Assembly (NCBI GenBank): GCA_002269645.1
Contig: NIVC01003151.1
Coordinates: 34,468 to 98,467, forward strand
Origin: Macrostomum lignano
Lineage: Eukaryota
DNA length: 64,000 bases
Reading direction: 5' to 3'
Notes under the pieces: model-generated
The model's input: the letters and a program-made list of their open reading frames with translations, nothing else
The model's database searches: none
Told to the model about the DNA's origin: nothing
Shown here: piece after piece, positions 47,048-64,000 of the stretch
How the letters are laid out: each line of letters opens with the position of its first letter
Numbering within the stretch: the first letter of the stretch is position 1
Position numbers and translations under genes: made by a program

Positions 47048-48678
47048 ATGTCAACCGAAAACCAGCCGCAGCAGCAGCAGCCGCCTCCCATCGCCCTGGC
47101 CTGCTCCCAGTGCAGCTGCCCTCTGGCCGGCTGTCGACAAGCAGCCCGCCTGCCTCAGCTGCTTTGACAGCCGCCTGGCCAACACCTGCGCCGCCTGCGG
47201 AGCGAAGATCGGCTGCGACTCCAAGGACGTGAGCTACGGCCAGCGCCACTGGCACGAGGCCTGCTTCCGGTGCGCCGGCTGCTCCGCCCAGATGGCCGGG
47301 AGCTCCTTCTCGGTGAAGTCCGACGCCATCTACTGCCTGATGTGCTACGAGACTCGCTTCGCCGAGCGCTGCAGCCGCTGCCGGGAGGCGTTCAAAGCTG
47401 GCCAGAGGAAGTTCGAGTTCCGGTCGCGCCAGTACCACGACAGCTGCTTCCTCTGCTGCGAGTGCGGCGCCCAGATCGGCGGCGCCAGTTTCATTCCGCG
47501 CGGCGGAAGCGGCGCCAACGACGAGTCGGCCGAGTGCTGCTGCATGGCCTGCTACGAGGCCAAGTATGCCCAGCGTTGCGCCGACTGCAGACAGGTGGGC
47601 TGTTGCTGTGCTGTTGCTATGGAGTTTCTATGGGGTTGCTATGGGGTTGCTATGGAGTTGCTATTGGGTTGCTATGGTGTTTCTATGGGGTTGCTATTGG
47701 GTTGCTATGGGGTTTCTATGGGGTTGCTATTGGGTTTCTATGGGGTTGCTATTGGGTTTCTATGGGGTTGCTATGGCGTTTTTATTGGGTTGTTATGAGG
47801 TTTCTATGGCGTTTCTATTGGGTTGTTTTGAGGTTTCTATGGGGTTGCTATGAGGTTTCTATTGGGTTTCTATGGAGTTGATATAGGGTTGTTTATATGG
47901 GGTTGCTAGGGCTCCATTATACTGAGGTAATATATGGAGTTGCCATGGTGTTGATATAATGTTGCTAATTGAGTTGCTATTTGCTATGGAGTTACGAAGT
48001 TGTTACATATTTTTATACCGGTATAGCTGCTAAATATTGCTATAGTGTTGCTATGGAAACTAAAAACAGTTGCTATCGCGCTTCTATATAGTTGTTATGG
48101 AGTTGCTAGAGTTGCTATGACGTTACTATATGTTGTTGCTATGACGTTGCTATGGCGTTGCTATGGTGTTGCTATGATGTTGTTATGACGTTGCTATAGA
48201 GTTGCTATGGAGTTGCTATGGAGTTGCTATGATAGCCAGGCTAGATGTACACTCCCATCGAGCACAAGCCGCCGGCCAAAATCCCACTCAGGTCATTCGC
48301 AAAGGCGGCGTGAGCTACAAAGGCCGGCCGTACCACTCGGACTGTCTGGTGTGCGGCCACTGCGCCAAGCCCCTCTGCGGCCTCAAGTTCACCTCGCACG
48401 AGGACCGGCCGTTCTGCGGCGACTGCTACGGTGAGCTGTTCGCCAGGCGCTGCTCCGCCTGCTTGAAGCCGATCACCGGCTTCGCTGGCAGCAAGTTCAT
48501 CTCGTTCGAGCAGCGCGACTGGCACTCGCAGTGCTTCAACTGCGCCCGCTGCGGCGCCAGCCTGGTTGGCAAAGGCTTCTTGGCCGATGGGGAGAAGGTC
48601 GTGTGCACCGAGTGCGGCGGCGTCGGGGGCGGCGGTGGCGCGTCGGGGTCAGGCAGCAGTCAGGCTGCTGACAAGTGA
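47048..48678 (+). CDS. FHL2: Four-and-a-half LIM domain protein (FHL2/Limpet-like), frameshift in the half-LIM
   Basis: Exons 47048-47594 and 48292-48678 (phase 0). ANTCAACGAKIGCDSKDVSYGQRHWHEACF, GGVSYKGRPYHSDC and KFISFEQRDWHSQCFNC match FHL2. The start MSTENQ...CSQCSCPLAG is out of frame with the rest at 47132. Confidence 0.87.
47600..48235 (+). repeat. Degenerate about 11-bp minisatellite in FHL2 intron
   Basis: GGGGTT(G/T)CTAT / TGGGTT(G/T)CTAT units. Confidence 0.85.
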
Positions 48679-48859
48679 AATTCCTAGGCCGATTAGGAGG
48701 AAGACGCGTTACAACTGAGGACAAATTATTTTTTTAAGGCCTGAGTTTTCTTTGACATGCATTGGTGGAAGATTTTGGGAATTTTTTAAATTTTTAGAAA
48801 CTGGCACTAATGGGAGCAAAAGATGAGAATGCTGAGATATTGAGCCAATTTGACTTCTG

Positions 48860-49042
48860 CCTCGGCATCTCAGCACCTCCCCATTGAGTCATGGCATCTC
48901 AGCACCTCCCCATTGAGTCATGGCATCTCAGCACCTCCCCATTGAGTCATGGCATCTCAGCACTCCCCATTGAGTCATGGCATCTCAGCACCTCCCCATT
49001 GAGTCATGGCATCTCAGCACCTCCCCATTGAGTCATGGCATC
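48860..49042 (+). repeat. 29-bp minisatellite downstream of FHL2
   Basis: GAGTCATGGCATCTCAGCACCTCCCCATT about 6 copies. Confidence 0.92.
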
Positions 49043-49627
49043 ATGACATGTCATGGTAAGATTGAGTTTCATACAGGTACTTATCAAGTCACCTGATTAT
49101 TTTAAAGTTATAGAATTCAAAATCCAGCTGAGCCTTTTGTCGGATTTTATTTGGGGCTTTTTGCTTTCCACCTGTGCACGATGAGCACTCAACTTGCTTA
49201 GAAATATTATTTTAATACGCAATTTTTGTTTACACTTATATTAGCCATGCCTCATATGCATATTCTATCTATTTATTTACGATTTAAAGCAAAAATACTA
49301 ATAAAAGTCACATGCTTATGCCCTAAAATAGTGTAGTGCAGATATTGTTTTATTATTTTTCGGAAATTGAAGATTTTCAATCTGAAAATCTGAAAAAATC
49401 TGAAAAATTTCAATCTGGCAGGCTGAAGATATCCTTTGCACGTTTTTCTCCACAAATAAAATTTTCGAGTATGAACTTTTAATTAAGGCAAATTTAGTGA
49501 GTGTTTCAGCTCACCCGATTGTTCTCGGGTGAATTTTATCTTTTTGTGACATTTCCTTGTCTTCGGACCGCCCTGCAGCTAAGTCTAAGTCAAAGACATT
49601 TCCTTGTCCAACTTCAACATACTGCAG

Positions 49628-50265
49628 CACCAGCCACCCAGATCCTCAGTTGCTGGGCCAGCCTCCCAGATCCTCAGTTGCTGGGCCAGCCTCCCAGATG
49701 CTCAGTCGCTGGGCCAGCCTCCCAGGTCCTCAGTTGCTGGGCCAGCCTCCCAGATCCTCAGTTGCAGGGCCAGCCTCCCAGATCTCCAGTTGCTGGGCCA
49801 GCCTCCCAGATCCTCAGTTGCTGGGCCAGCCTCCCAGATCCTCAGTTGCTGGGCCAGCCTCCCAGATGCCCAGTCGCTGGGCCAGCCTCCCAGGTCCTCA
49901 GTTGCTGGGCCAGCCTCCCAGATCCTCAGTTGCAGGGCCAGCCTCCCAGATCTCCAGTTACTGGGCCATCTGCCTCCCAGATCCTCAGTTGCTGGGCCAG
50001 CCTCCCAGATCCTCAGTTGCTGGGCCAGCCTCCCAGATCCTCAGTTGCTGGGCCAGCCTCCCAGGTCCTCGGTCGCTGGGCCAGCCTCCCAGATCCTCAG
50101 TTGCTGGGCCAGCCTCCCAGATCCTCAGTTGCTGGGCCAGCCTCCCAGATGCTCAGTCGCTGGGCCAGCCTCCCAGGTCCTCAGTTGCTGGGCCAGCCTC
50201 CCAGATCCTCAGTTGCTGGGCCAGCCTCCCAGGTCCTCGGTCGCTGGGCCAGCCTCCCAGATCCC
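49628..50265 (+). repeat. 28-bp dispersed minisatellite family, long arm
   Basis: CCCAGATCCTCAGTTGCTGGGCCAGCCT tandem. Confidence 0.95.
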
Positions 50266-50829
50266 CAGTTAATCAACCCAAGCCCAATACCCAGCAGTCT
50301 GTCTCCCATATCCAACCACCAGTCATTCTTATCACCGCGTTATAAAACTGTGTGCAAAATAGCTTTACCATAGCAACTATTTTAGATGACAAATCTTATT
50401 CAAATTTATTATTACAATTTATTAGATTTTCCTCCAATCAACTTTTTGAAATAGAAATGTTCAAAAACAATATTCAGTTATTCTTATACTACTCAATGCA
50501 ATTAAGCTCGTTATTGTTTTCATTGTGTCTAACAAAGAGCACAAAAAGCCAGAAAAACAGCATACAGTCATTTTATGAAATGCTTATTGATACTCATTAA
50601 AACTGAACTTTTTTCACTTCCATGAATTTATTGAATTCATTACAAATCTTGCTGACATGCAGGCAAGCCATGTTAATTAATTGCCGATTTGACGATGTAG
50701 TCACAAATTTAGTAGGGTTCTGTGTCTTGAACTGTGCTGAATTGCAAAAAGAACCAGCGTGTCCGCTTCTGTGCTTTCATAATCGTTTCGTTATTGATTC
50801 CGGCATGATCAAAATCTATGAGAGTAGCA

Positions 50830-50962
50830 GTGGCCCAGCAACTGACACTCTGGGAGGCTGGCCCAGCAACTGACACTCTGGGAGGCTGGCCCAGCAACTG
50901 AGGATCTGGGATACTGGCCCAGCAACTGAGGATCTGGGAGGCTGGCCCAGCAACTGAGGATT
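50830..50962 (-). repeat. 28-bp dispersed minisatellite family, short inverted arm
   Basis: GGCCCAGCAACTGA(CACT/GGAT)CTGGGAGGCT about 5 copies. Confidence 0.92.
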
Positions 50963-51460
50963 TCTCTACAGGAATCAAAGCTTGCTGAGACTAACATCTA
51001 CCTGTTAATGTGCTGCATGTAAAGGTATACAGCACTTCTCCGAGAATCTAGAAGCAATTAAAACTCACAGATCAGTGCGCAAAAGTTAGCAGGTAAAAAT
51101 CAATATTTCAGACATAGCATCATTGCAGAATACTGTACGTGAGCATGCTAGGAACTAAGGGCTGGATCTAGTAGTCCTACTAAAAGCAGGAAGATGTGCT
51201 AATTTGAAGTTATCTTAAATATTTCAATTAAAAATGTTAAACAATATGGAATACTATGAAACGAGCAGTGAAAAGTCCTGTATCCAAGGTAAGCAAACGG
51301 TTGCTAAGCGACGAGTTTCTTTTTCACTTTTTTTCAAAATCAATTTAGCGAAATCTTCAAATGAAGCATCTTTATAGTAAGCATTGAGAAAACCAAGAGG
51401 GTAAACGGCGAGTAAACTATGACAGCTTTAAACTCGTCAGCTAATTCGTTGAAAAAATTT

Positions 51461-57426
<5,966 letters not shown>

Positions 57427-58426
57427 TATAAGTTACTCGCAATCTAGTCCTGCTGGGGAAAGATTTGTTTAAATCGGATCAACTAATAGATTAACAAATT
57501 CGTCCTTGTTAATTTTTTCTAATTAAAATTAGACATTTAAATGTTTAATGACAATCAGTGCTAGGTTTTACCGTTATCGCCTTTTATACAGCCCTGTAAA
57601 GTCAGGGAGGAGGGTGGAGAGGAGAGGTAAGGAAGGCAAAGAATGGCTGAAAGGACACACAGCGTTGACACGTTCGTACAGATAGCGGAGCGGGGTCGAT
57701 AATCTCAAGTTAGAACCGCTCCGCCGCTAGGCCGCGAGTGTACATTTGGGGGGAATTCCGGTTTGGACTGGGGAGGGGGTGAAGCTGGGTTGACGCGGTG
57801 GGTGGGTGGGTAGCTAGGGCATACAGAGCAGGCCAATCTAGCGGAGAGGGGGGTTGAGGTGTGATAAGGTCCCCCAGACGAATGTACACTTTCCCTCGCA
57901 GAGTACATTCAAAACATCCTCTATTTTCTCTCCCCCTCATGTCTCAGAGCTGAGAGCTGGGCTACACCGCCTCAAACCAGCTCGGAACTCCCGTACGCCC
58001 GCTCCGGCTCCGACCCGGTTTAAAAATACCTACCGTTGAAAAAACTTACTTTTACTAGAAATTATCGCGACTTGATGGAAAAGCATAAGTTGCTACTTCT
58101 AGTAGAGCAGAGTAGCCAGAACAATGTTTCGGTTTAAGAAATATGCGCGCAATGTTTCCATTAAAAACTCACTTGATCATCATCTATGCAGATTAAACAG
58201 TCCAGCAGCATAACTGCTGCATATGTGCGAACTGATCTGGTTTTATAATTGGTCCTTTTATATAATTTATGTATAGAGCATATATTAAGCCACGTGCACT
58301 GAAAGTGAGCATTCATCTAGATCTTGTCTCTAGTCTGAAACTATTATATAAGGAGTTAATGGGCTTTGGCCATAAACACAAAGAGAAATAAGATTTATCA
58401 AAACAACGTTTTATTGAAACAGTATT

Positions 58427-58541
58427 CAGAGGCGGATCTAGGATTTTTCCGTGGGAAGGGCCGAGTGGGTCGGTTGACCCCTTGAACCCTGGATCTGGGG
58501 GATGGGGGTCAGCTGACCTCTGAAGCCTGGATCCGCTTTTG
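58427..58541. mobile_element. Small MITE (GGCGGATCTAGG type)
   Basis: Imperfect TIRs CAGAGGCGGATCTAGG / CCTGGATCCGCTTTTG, with ATT on both flanks. Confidence 0.6.
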
Positions 58542-58869
58542 ATTCAGTGCCAAAAGCCTGCTTAAATGACTTACGATCTCATTGGTGCAAGACCTTTAAT
58601 CAAAGGTGCTAGAATAATTATATTTCTCACTCGCAGTTAAAACTGGGAATAGTAGATCCGTCTACACTCAGCAACAGTCAAAAGTTCCACCCACCAAGCG
58701 GGATGAAAATTTTCTCACTTATTGCGACACATTCTCACTCACAATTCAACCCTCAAGTTACGCAACTAAGCCGCGGCGAGGAAGGGGAAGTTGACTGTAT
58801 CAATGACTTGTAATAAATGTCAGTCGCACAAAATCATAAAAAAATTTAATGCAATATTCAGTTAGAATC

Positions 58870-59195
58870 GCGATGCTTAATAACGCGTGTGGGATCCCCT
58901 CGCACGCAGAAATGCGCGATTCTGCGGGGCATCCCCAGGATGAGGCGGCGCAGAAAGTCCTGGAGAAGCTGCTGCCAAGCGTTTTCAATGGCATGACGCA
59001 GCTCCGCAACATTCTGTGGTGGATTCTCTTTTCGAATGCTGCGTTTTAGAAGTTTCAGACATGCTCGATGGGATTCATGTTTGGGGACCGGGAAGGCCAT
59101 GCAGCGCAGAGTGCGCAGCTGTAGCTGTTCTTTCAATTGACTAACATACAGCATCGGCTCGGTGTGGCGGCGCGTTGTCCTCCTGGACCATTAAG
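58870..59195 (-). mobile_element. Degenerate Tc1/mariner transposase C-terminal fragment
   Basis: QEDNAPPH, WPSRSPNMNPIEHV* and P-QNVAELRHAIENAW...LILGMPRRIA...GDPTR, with stops and frameshifts. Confidence 0.8.
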
Positions 59196-59375
59196 CAGAC
59201 AAAAGCCGCCCCCAAGTGGCAATAAGATTTATTCGTGTCGTAAGTTGCGTCACTCGAAATAAGTGAAAAAATCATCTCACTTAGTGGGGTGGAACTTTTG
59301 ACTGTTGTTGAGTATACTCTTTTGCCATAGTTTGTCTGCGCAGTGTCACTTGAACTTAGTGCGGCAGCCAAAATT

Positions 59376-62300
59376 CAGGGAATCCTATTTGTTTCACCAG
59401 GAACCGACACTGGTCCCGCACCACCCCACCTCCCCTACAAGTTGAGGCCCAAGCCTTCGAGCCTTCGAGACTCGGGAGTTTTTGTGAGTAAACCCTTCCT
59501 TGTAGGGAGGTTTTGTGGGGACGAAAAATAACAGAAGAGTAATTTTAGTTGAGAGTTGGGGAGAATAAATAACAGAATGGGCAGGAGATCCTCGCTGCGC
59601 TGCTGTGTATGTACGAGTTCGTGGAACAAAGAGCCTTTCCTGGGGGACGGAAGTGCATAGGAAAATTAATGTGCGTTCTTTCCTCACACTGTACTCTACT
59701 GCACATTTACTGTTCTTTGCCCCTATATACGTTGCGAGTTTGTCTCGAAGAGCACTGACTCGCAATCTTCTCAATTCCACTCTATCGGATTTTGAAACTA
59801 CCTGATCGTTCCCACTATGGGCTACAAGTGCTGCGTTCCTCTGTGCGTCACCAACTATGCTCGCTATGAGAAGAATCCATGCAACCGTGACTATCCACAA
59901 GTTTCCATCATCTACGCAGTTGGAGCTCCTGAATAAGTGGATCACGGCCATTCCACGCGTGTGGACCGATTCCGAGTTGGAGCAGCTGAGAACAAACCCT
60001 AACCACAGCTACAGGGTCTGCTCGCTTCACTTCCCTGAGAAGTACTTCGTGATCAACTCTCGGGACTCCAATCCCCACCGCAAACGGACCGAAGCAGATG
60101 GTCAGCCTGCAGGCAAGCTAAAGCTTCGGCGTCTAGCCGCTGATGCCCTACCTTGCATCTTCCCAAATGCACCCTCCTATCTGAACAAGACCATCACTGA
60201 GGAGCGCCCCACTCAGCTGGCATCGGCCGAGACCCGCCGGAGAACGACACGAGGCGGTGCGAAGAAGAAGCGACAGACTTCTTGCAGAACGATGACATTG
60301 TGGACTTCCAGGCCATCGTGTCGTTCGAACTGCCTGACCATTTGTAATGCTTTCACAAGCAGACCTCTGTCTCAACTTTATGCTTTTTTGTCACTCGGAT
60401 GTGTCTTGCTGAGACCCCTAAAATTGCAGTGTCATTGACGGTGAGTAACTCTGCATTTTACTGTCACCATTGATGGAGCCGAGCATGGCCTATTTGCCCA
60501 AGACCTGGTCCCGGAAGGTAGGTTGCGCACCTTCTCTCAGCTGGAAAATATCCTTGCTAGACTGAAGAATCATCAACCGGAAGAGCGTGAGGGTGGCTTC
60601 GAACAGCATCTTCAGAGGGCTGAGGAAGAAGTCAAGAAGGCAATCCTTGAACTCTCTTCAAATATCGAAGTGATGAGCGACCAAGGAGAGGACACCTCTG
60701 CCGAGGAAGTTACCTATGCCAAGCTGAACTTCTTGCTCGAGCAGCTGAGCCTCGTCAGCAGCAGCGGGAAGAAGGTTGCCTACTCCCAGGAGTTGCTGGC
60801 CTTTGCCTACTTGCTGCAGCACCACAGTCCAGCTGCTTACAACTTTCTTCAGTCCTCCAACGCGGTGACCCTTCCCAGTGTCCGGCACCTACAGCGCCTA
60901 TCTTCTGGGTTCAGCAATGATCCGGACATCAAGTTCATGGAAGATTACCTGAGGCTGAAGGTCCAAAGCCTGCCGGATACTGAGAGGGTAGTGCTGCTAG
61001 CGATTGATGAAATTTACTCGTCAAGAAGGATGGAGTTCAGTGGAGGGCAGTTGACGCGGCAACAAATGAGATGGCAAAGACGGTGTGCGCCTTCCTCACG
61101 AAGTCCCTGCATGGAGACTTCCAAGAGGTCATTTCCCTGGTCCCCAAAAGCCGCCTGAACGCCCAGGATCTGCACAAGCACCTGATTGACTGCCTTACCC
61201 TGCTGCACAAGGTTGGCTTGAAGCTGGTTGTCTGTGTGGTGGACAACAATTCAGTGAACAGGAGCCTGTTTCAGGTTCATCTGTGCAAAGGTCAGATGCA
61301 GTCCTCCGTTCCCAATCCGGTGTCCGGTGAGCGTCTATTTCTCCTCTTTGATCCCGTGCACAACTTCAAGAACATCCTGAACAACTGGATTTCTCGTGAA
61401 GTGTTTCAGTTCCCTGACTTTTCGGATCCACAGAAGATCCAGACAGCGAATTTCCTAGAGTTGCACCGGCTGCATGACCTGGAGCTCGGCCAGCCTGCTC
61501 GGATTGCTCACAAGCTGAACAGGAGGTCCTTGAATCCGACAAACCTGGAGAAGTCAAACGTCCAGCACGCTGCCAATGTTTTCAGCGAGTCCACAGTGGA
61601 GGCTGCCAAGTTCCACAGGTTTCCCATCGGTCTGATCACCTTCTTACAGCTCATTCTGAGTCTGTGGACGATGTGGAATGTTAGGACCACGAAGAAGGCA
61701 AAGGAGAAGCGGCTTCCGGACGCTGCTCCGTTGGTTCCGAATGATCCAAGGCTCTCAAAGCTGCGCCAGTTTGCCACTTTTTTTCATCGATGGGAGGAGT
61801 CAAAGCTGCCTGGCTTGACTGCTCCTACATTCTTAGCCGTGAGATCCTGCTACCTCACTCTTGCTGACCTCACAGAGCACCTGTTGGCCGAGCATTCGTT
61901 TCCTTCCGTTTTGACAGGCCGCATTGTCAGCGATTGGATTGAGCGCCGCTTCGGTCGCTACCGCCAATTTCACGGTGGCAACTTCTTCATTTCCGTGCGT
62001 CAGATCTTTCAGGCGGAGAAGATCCGCATCTCGATCTTGCTCAAGTTTCATGGACTTAAGCTGAGGGACTTTCAAATTCTTTATCAAGGAAATCCGTCTG
62101 ACTTCTCAAGCCAACTGTTGTCTTTGTCGCTGCCTGGCCTGGAGCATCTGAGTGCTGCTCTTTCATCAATGATCTGAACCTGTGCTCCTATCTTGGTGGG
62201 TATGTCGCGAAGTCTCTGTGTGGTCAGCTGAAGTGCCAGGATTGCAGGAACTTCCTGGTCACTGCCGACTATTTGGAGTTCCTATCCGATGATGAGGCCC

Positions 62301-63035
62301 GCGCTGAGGATTTCGCCTTGATCCAGATGCGTGATCGTGGTGGTCTGAAGTGCCCCAGTGACTTCGTGTTTCTTCTAATGATGGTATCCTACTTCGTGTT
62401 CGGCCACCTGAAGGATAAGAGTTTGCTGACTGCTGATCTGCTGTACTCAGGAGGAGCTGTTCAGAGTATCGTGGAGCTCTGCCAGGATTGCATCAGCAGA
62501 TCCGGTGAGTTCCGCGACATGCTGAAACAGAAGTGTCCTTGCGGAAGACCTGGGGTTATTTTCTCCTCCAGGATCCTCACCCCAGCAGTCAGAATCTTTT
62601 TGAAGAATTTCGTGAATGAGACCAACGACAACTTGAAGAACGAGAAAGCTTTAAAGAGAAAGAAGGTAAAGTTATCGGGTGAGTGAGTCTGTCTGTAGTC
62701 CTACTGGAGTCATAATGAGTCTTCAAGAATTGCTTTTCAGTGGGAGTTCTTGCCTGTCATTTGCCAGTGCAATGGAGGATTTTTATATTGATTTATTCTC
62801 CAAAACTGAGCAATATAGAAAAAAATATATTAAATTAAAAAGCAATGCAGCAAATATTTTCTTCGACACTGTCTTAATTATTTTTGTTTACTTCTTTTCG
62901 ATGATTCCTTATGCGAAAGGCATGCTAACCAGGCAAGAAATTGGGGGAATGGGGAGGGGACTTGGGCCTCAACTTGTAGGCCCCATTTTTCAGTGTCGCT
63001 TCCTGGGGAGCGCAGCGAGCCAATAGGATTCCCTG
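59376..63035 (+). mobile_element. Full-length P-superfamily (THAP) DNA transposon with disrupted transposase
   Basis: 14-bp perfect TIRs CAGGGAATCCTATT / AATAGGATTCCCTG, 7-bp TSD CAAAATT, and two inverted subterminal blocks. THAP (MGYKCCVPLC...HKFP...W...VCSLHF), catalytic AIDEI, VVDNN, SDWIERRFG, C-terminal YLGGYVAK..CxxC..DRGGLKCPS. Coding span is about 59817-62686 with at least 5 frameshifts and one in-frame TAA. Confidence 0.9.
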
Positions 63036-63721
63036 CAAAATTTCTCTTTTTAAATTCCGGAGTATATTATTGAGTTAAAAATGAACTCAAGCATTTGTTG
63101 TGCCCGGGTGCACTTGCACCGATGAGCAATCTCTGGCTCTCGGTCAAAGTGTGGCCGGCTCTGCACTCCCACCCCCCCGGCCGCGTGCCTGCGCCAAACC
63201 CCCCCCCATTCTGTCTGCGTCAACCCCCTCCAGTTGCACCCACTGTTGTGTATTGCAAAGGCATGCAATGCGTAGGGATAGTTCGGGGACAGGGTTTCTA
63301 GAAACTTCCACAGCAGGACTTGTTTACGCATTGTTCCAGAAGTTTCCTCTCCCGGTCTTTCTAGAACTTTCCTTCCCCGCGTGCATAAATATACTAGCCG
63401 CCCTCCTATTGGCCAAGCCCTCTTTTGGTGCCACTGAGCGCGCCGGATAATTATCTATCTTGTTTCTGCGTTCGTTAATTCAACGCAGAACACCCACCCC
63501 ACTGCCTGTTAGGACAGCTGGCTTTGGCTGGCTGCGGCCCAGTGCGCCCCCTCGCTCACCCTGCGAGTGGCTGGTGGTCCAGACGGATAACTAAGCCAAC
63601 AGCCCCACAGAATATTCTGTGACTGTGACTCAGCTAGGGTGCCCAATCCAGCTCAGCCAATGAGAGAGCAGTAAGGAACGAGGTCAAAGTCAGACACAAT
63701 CGGGTAAGAGAAAAAGCCTAA

Positions 63722-63880
63722 AGGCTCGTTCACACTGCCATCAAATACGAGTGTAAGGACAGATTTCGTCTGATCACACAACTTATGCATCAAATTTCTT
63801 TGTACATCGGTGAGTCGTGTCTGGTCGTAGCGTTGGTCGTGTGATTTGGTGGCTCATCCGATGGCAGTGTAAATGAGGCT
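63722..63880. mobile_element. PIF/Harbinger-type MITE
   Basis: TIRs AGGCTCGTTCACACTGCCATC / GATGGCAGTGTAAATGAGGCT, with TAA TSD on both sides. Confidence 0.75.
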
Positions 63881-64000
63881 TAACTATTTATCTGCATGGT
63901 TGTGGGCTGTGTCGCAACTCCTTTTCTCTCTTGTTCGCTGTGCACACGCACTGGATTAGGTTTTTTTCATGTTATTTTGCAATCCAGTCTAGTATGCATT

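Overview
Eukaryotic (animal) genomic DNA. It has GC-rich exons, spliceosomal introns that nearly all carry their own minisatellite, and AT-rich transposon-littered spacers. This style suggests a flatworm such as Macrostomum lignano (inference, not verified). Spliced gene models read by hand: ALG10 (+), DDX55 (+), PLA2G15/LCAT-like (-, two 1-nt frameshifts), PNKP (+), ATP5S/DMAC2L (+), SRSF7/3-like (+), FHL2-like (+, frameshift in the half-LIM) and ETNPPL/PHYKPL-like (-). Three diverged local paralogs are present: an FHA-only ORF, an RRM+zinc-knuckle ORF without an RS domain, and an ATP5S-like ORF. The best hidden feature is a cluster of six box C/D snoRNAs resembling SNORD76 (U76), arranged as three pairs inside PNKP introns 1-2. 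Their guide predicts a lineage-specific base in 28S rRNA. Also present: candidate poison exons and splice-site-bearing repeats in SRSF7, a dispersed 28-bp minisatellite family with inverted arms, a tRNA/CORE-like SINE, several MITEs, a Tc1 fragment, and a full-length but disrupted THAP/P-superfamily transposon with 14-bp TIRs and a 7-bp TSD. No database search was run; homology calls come from recognised motifs.
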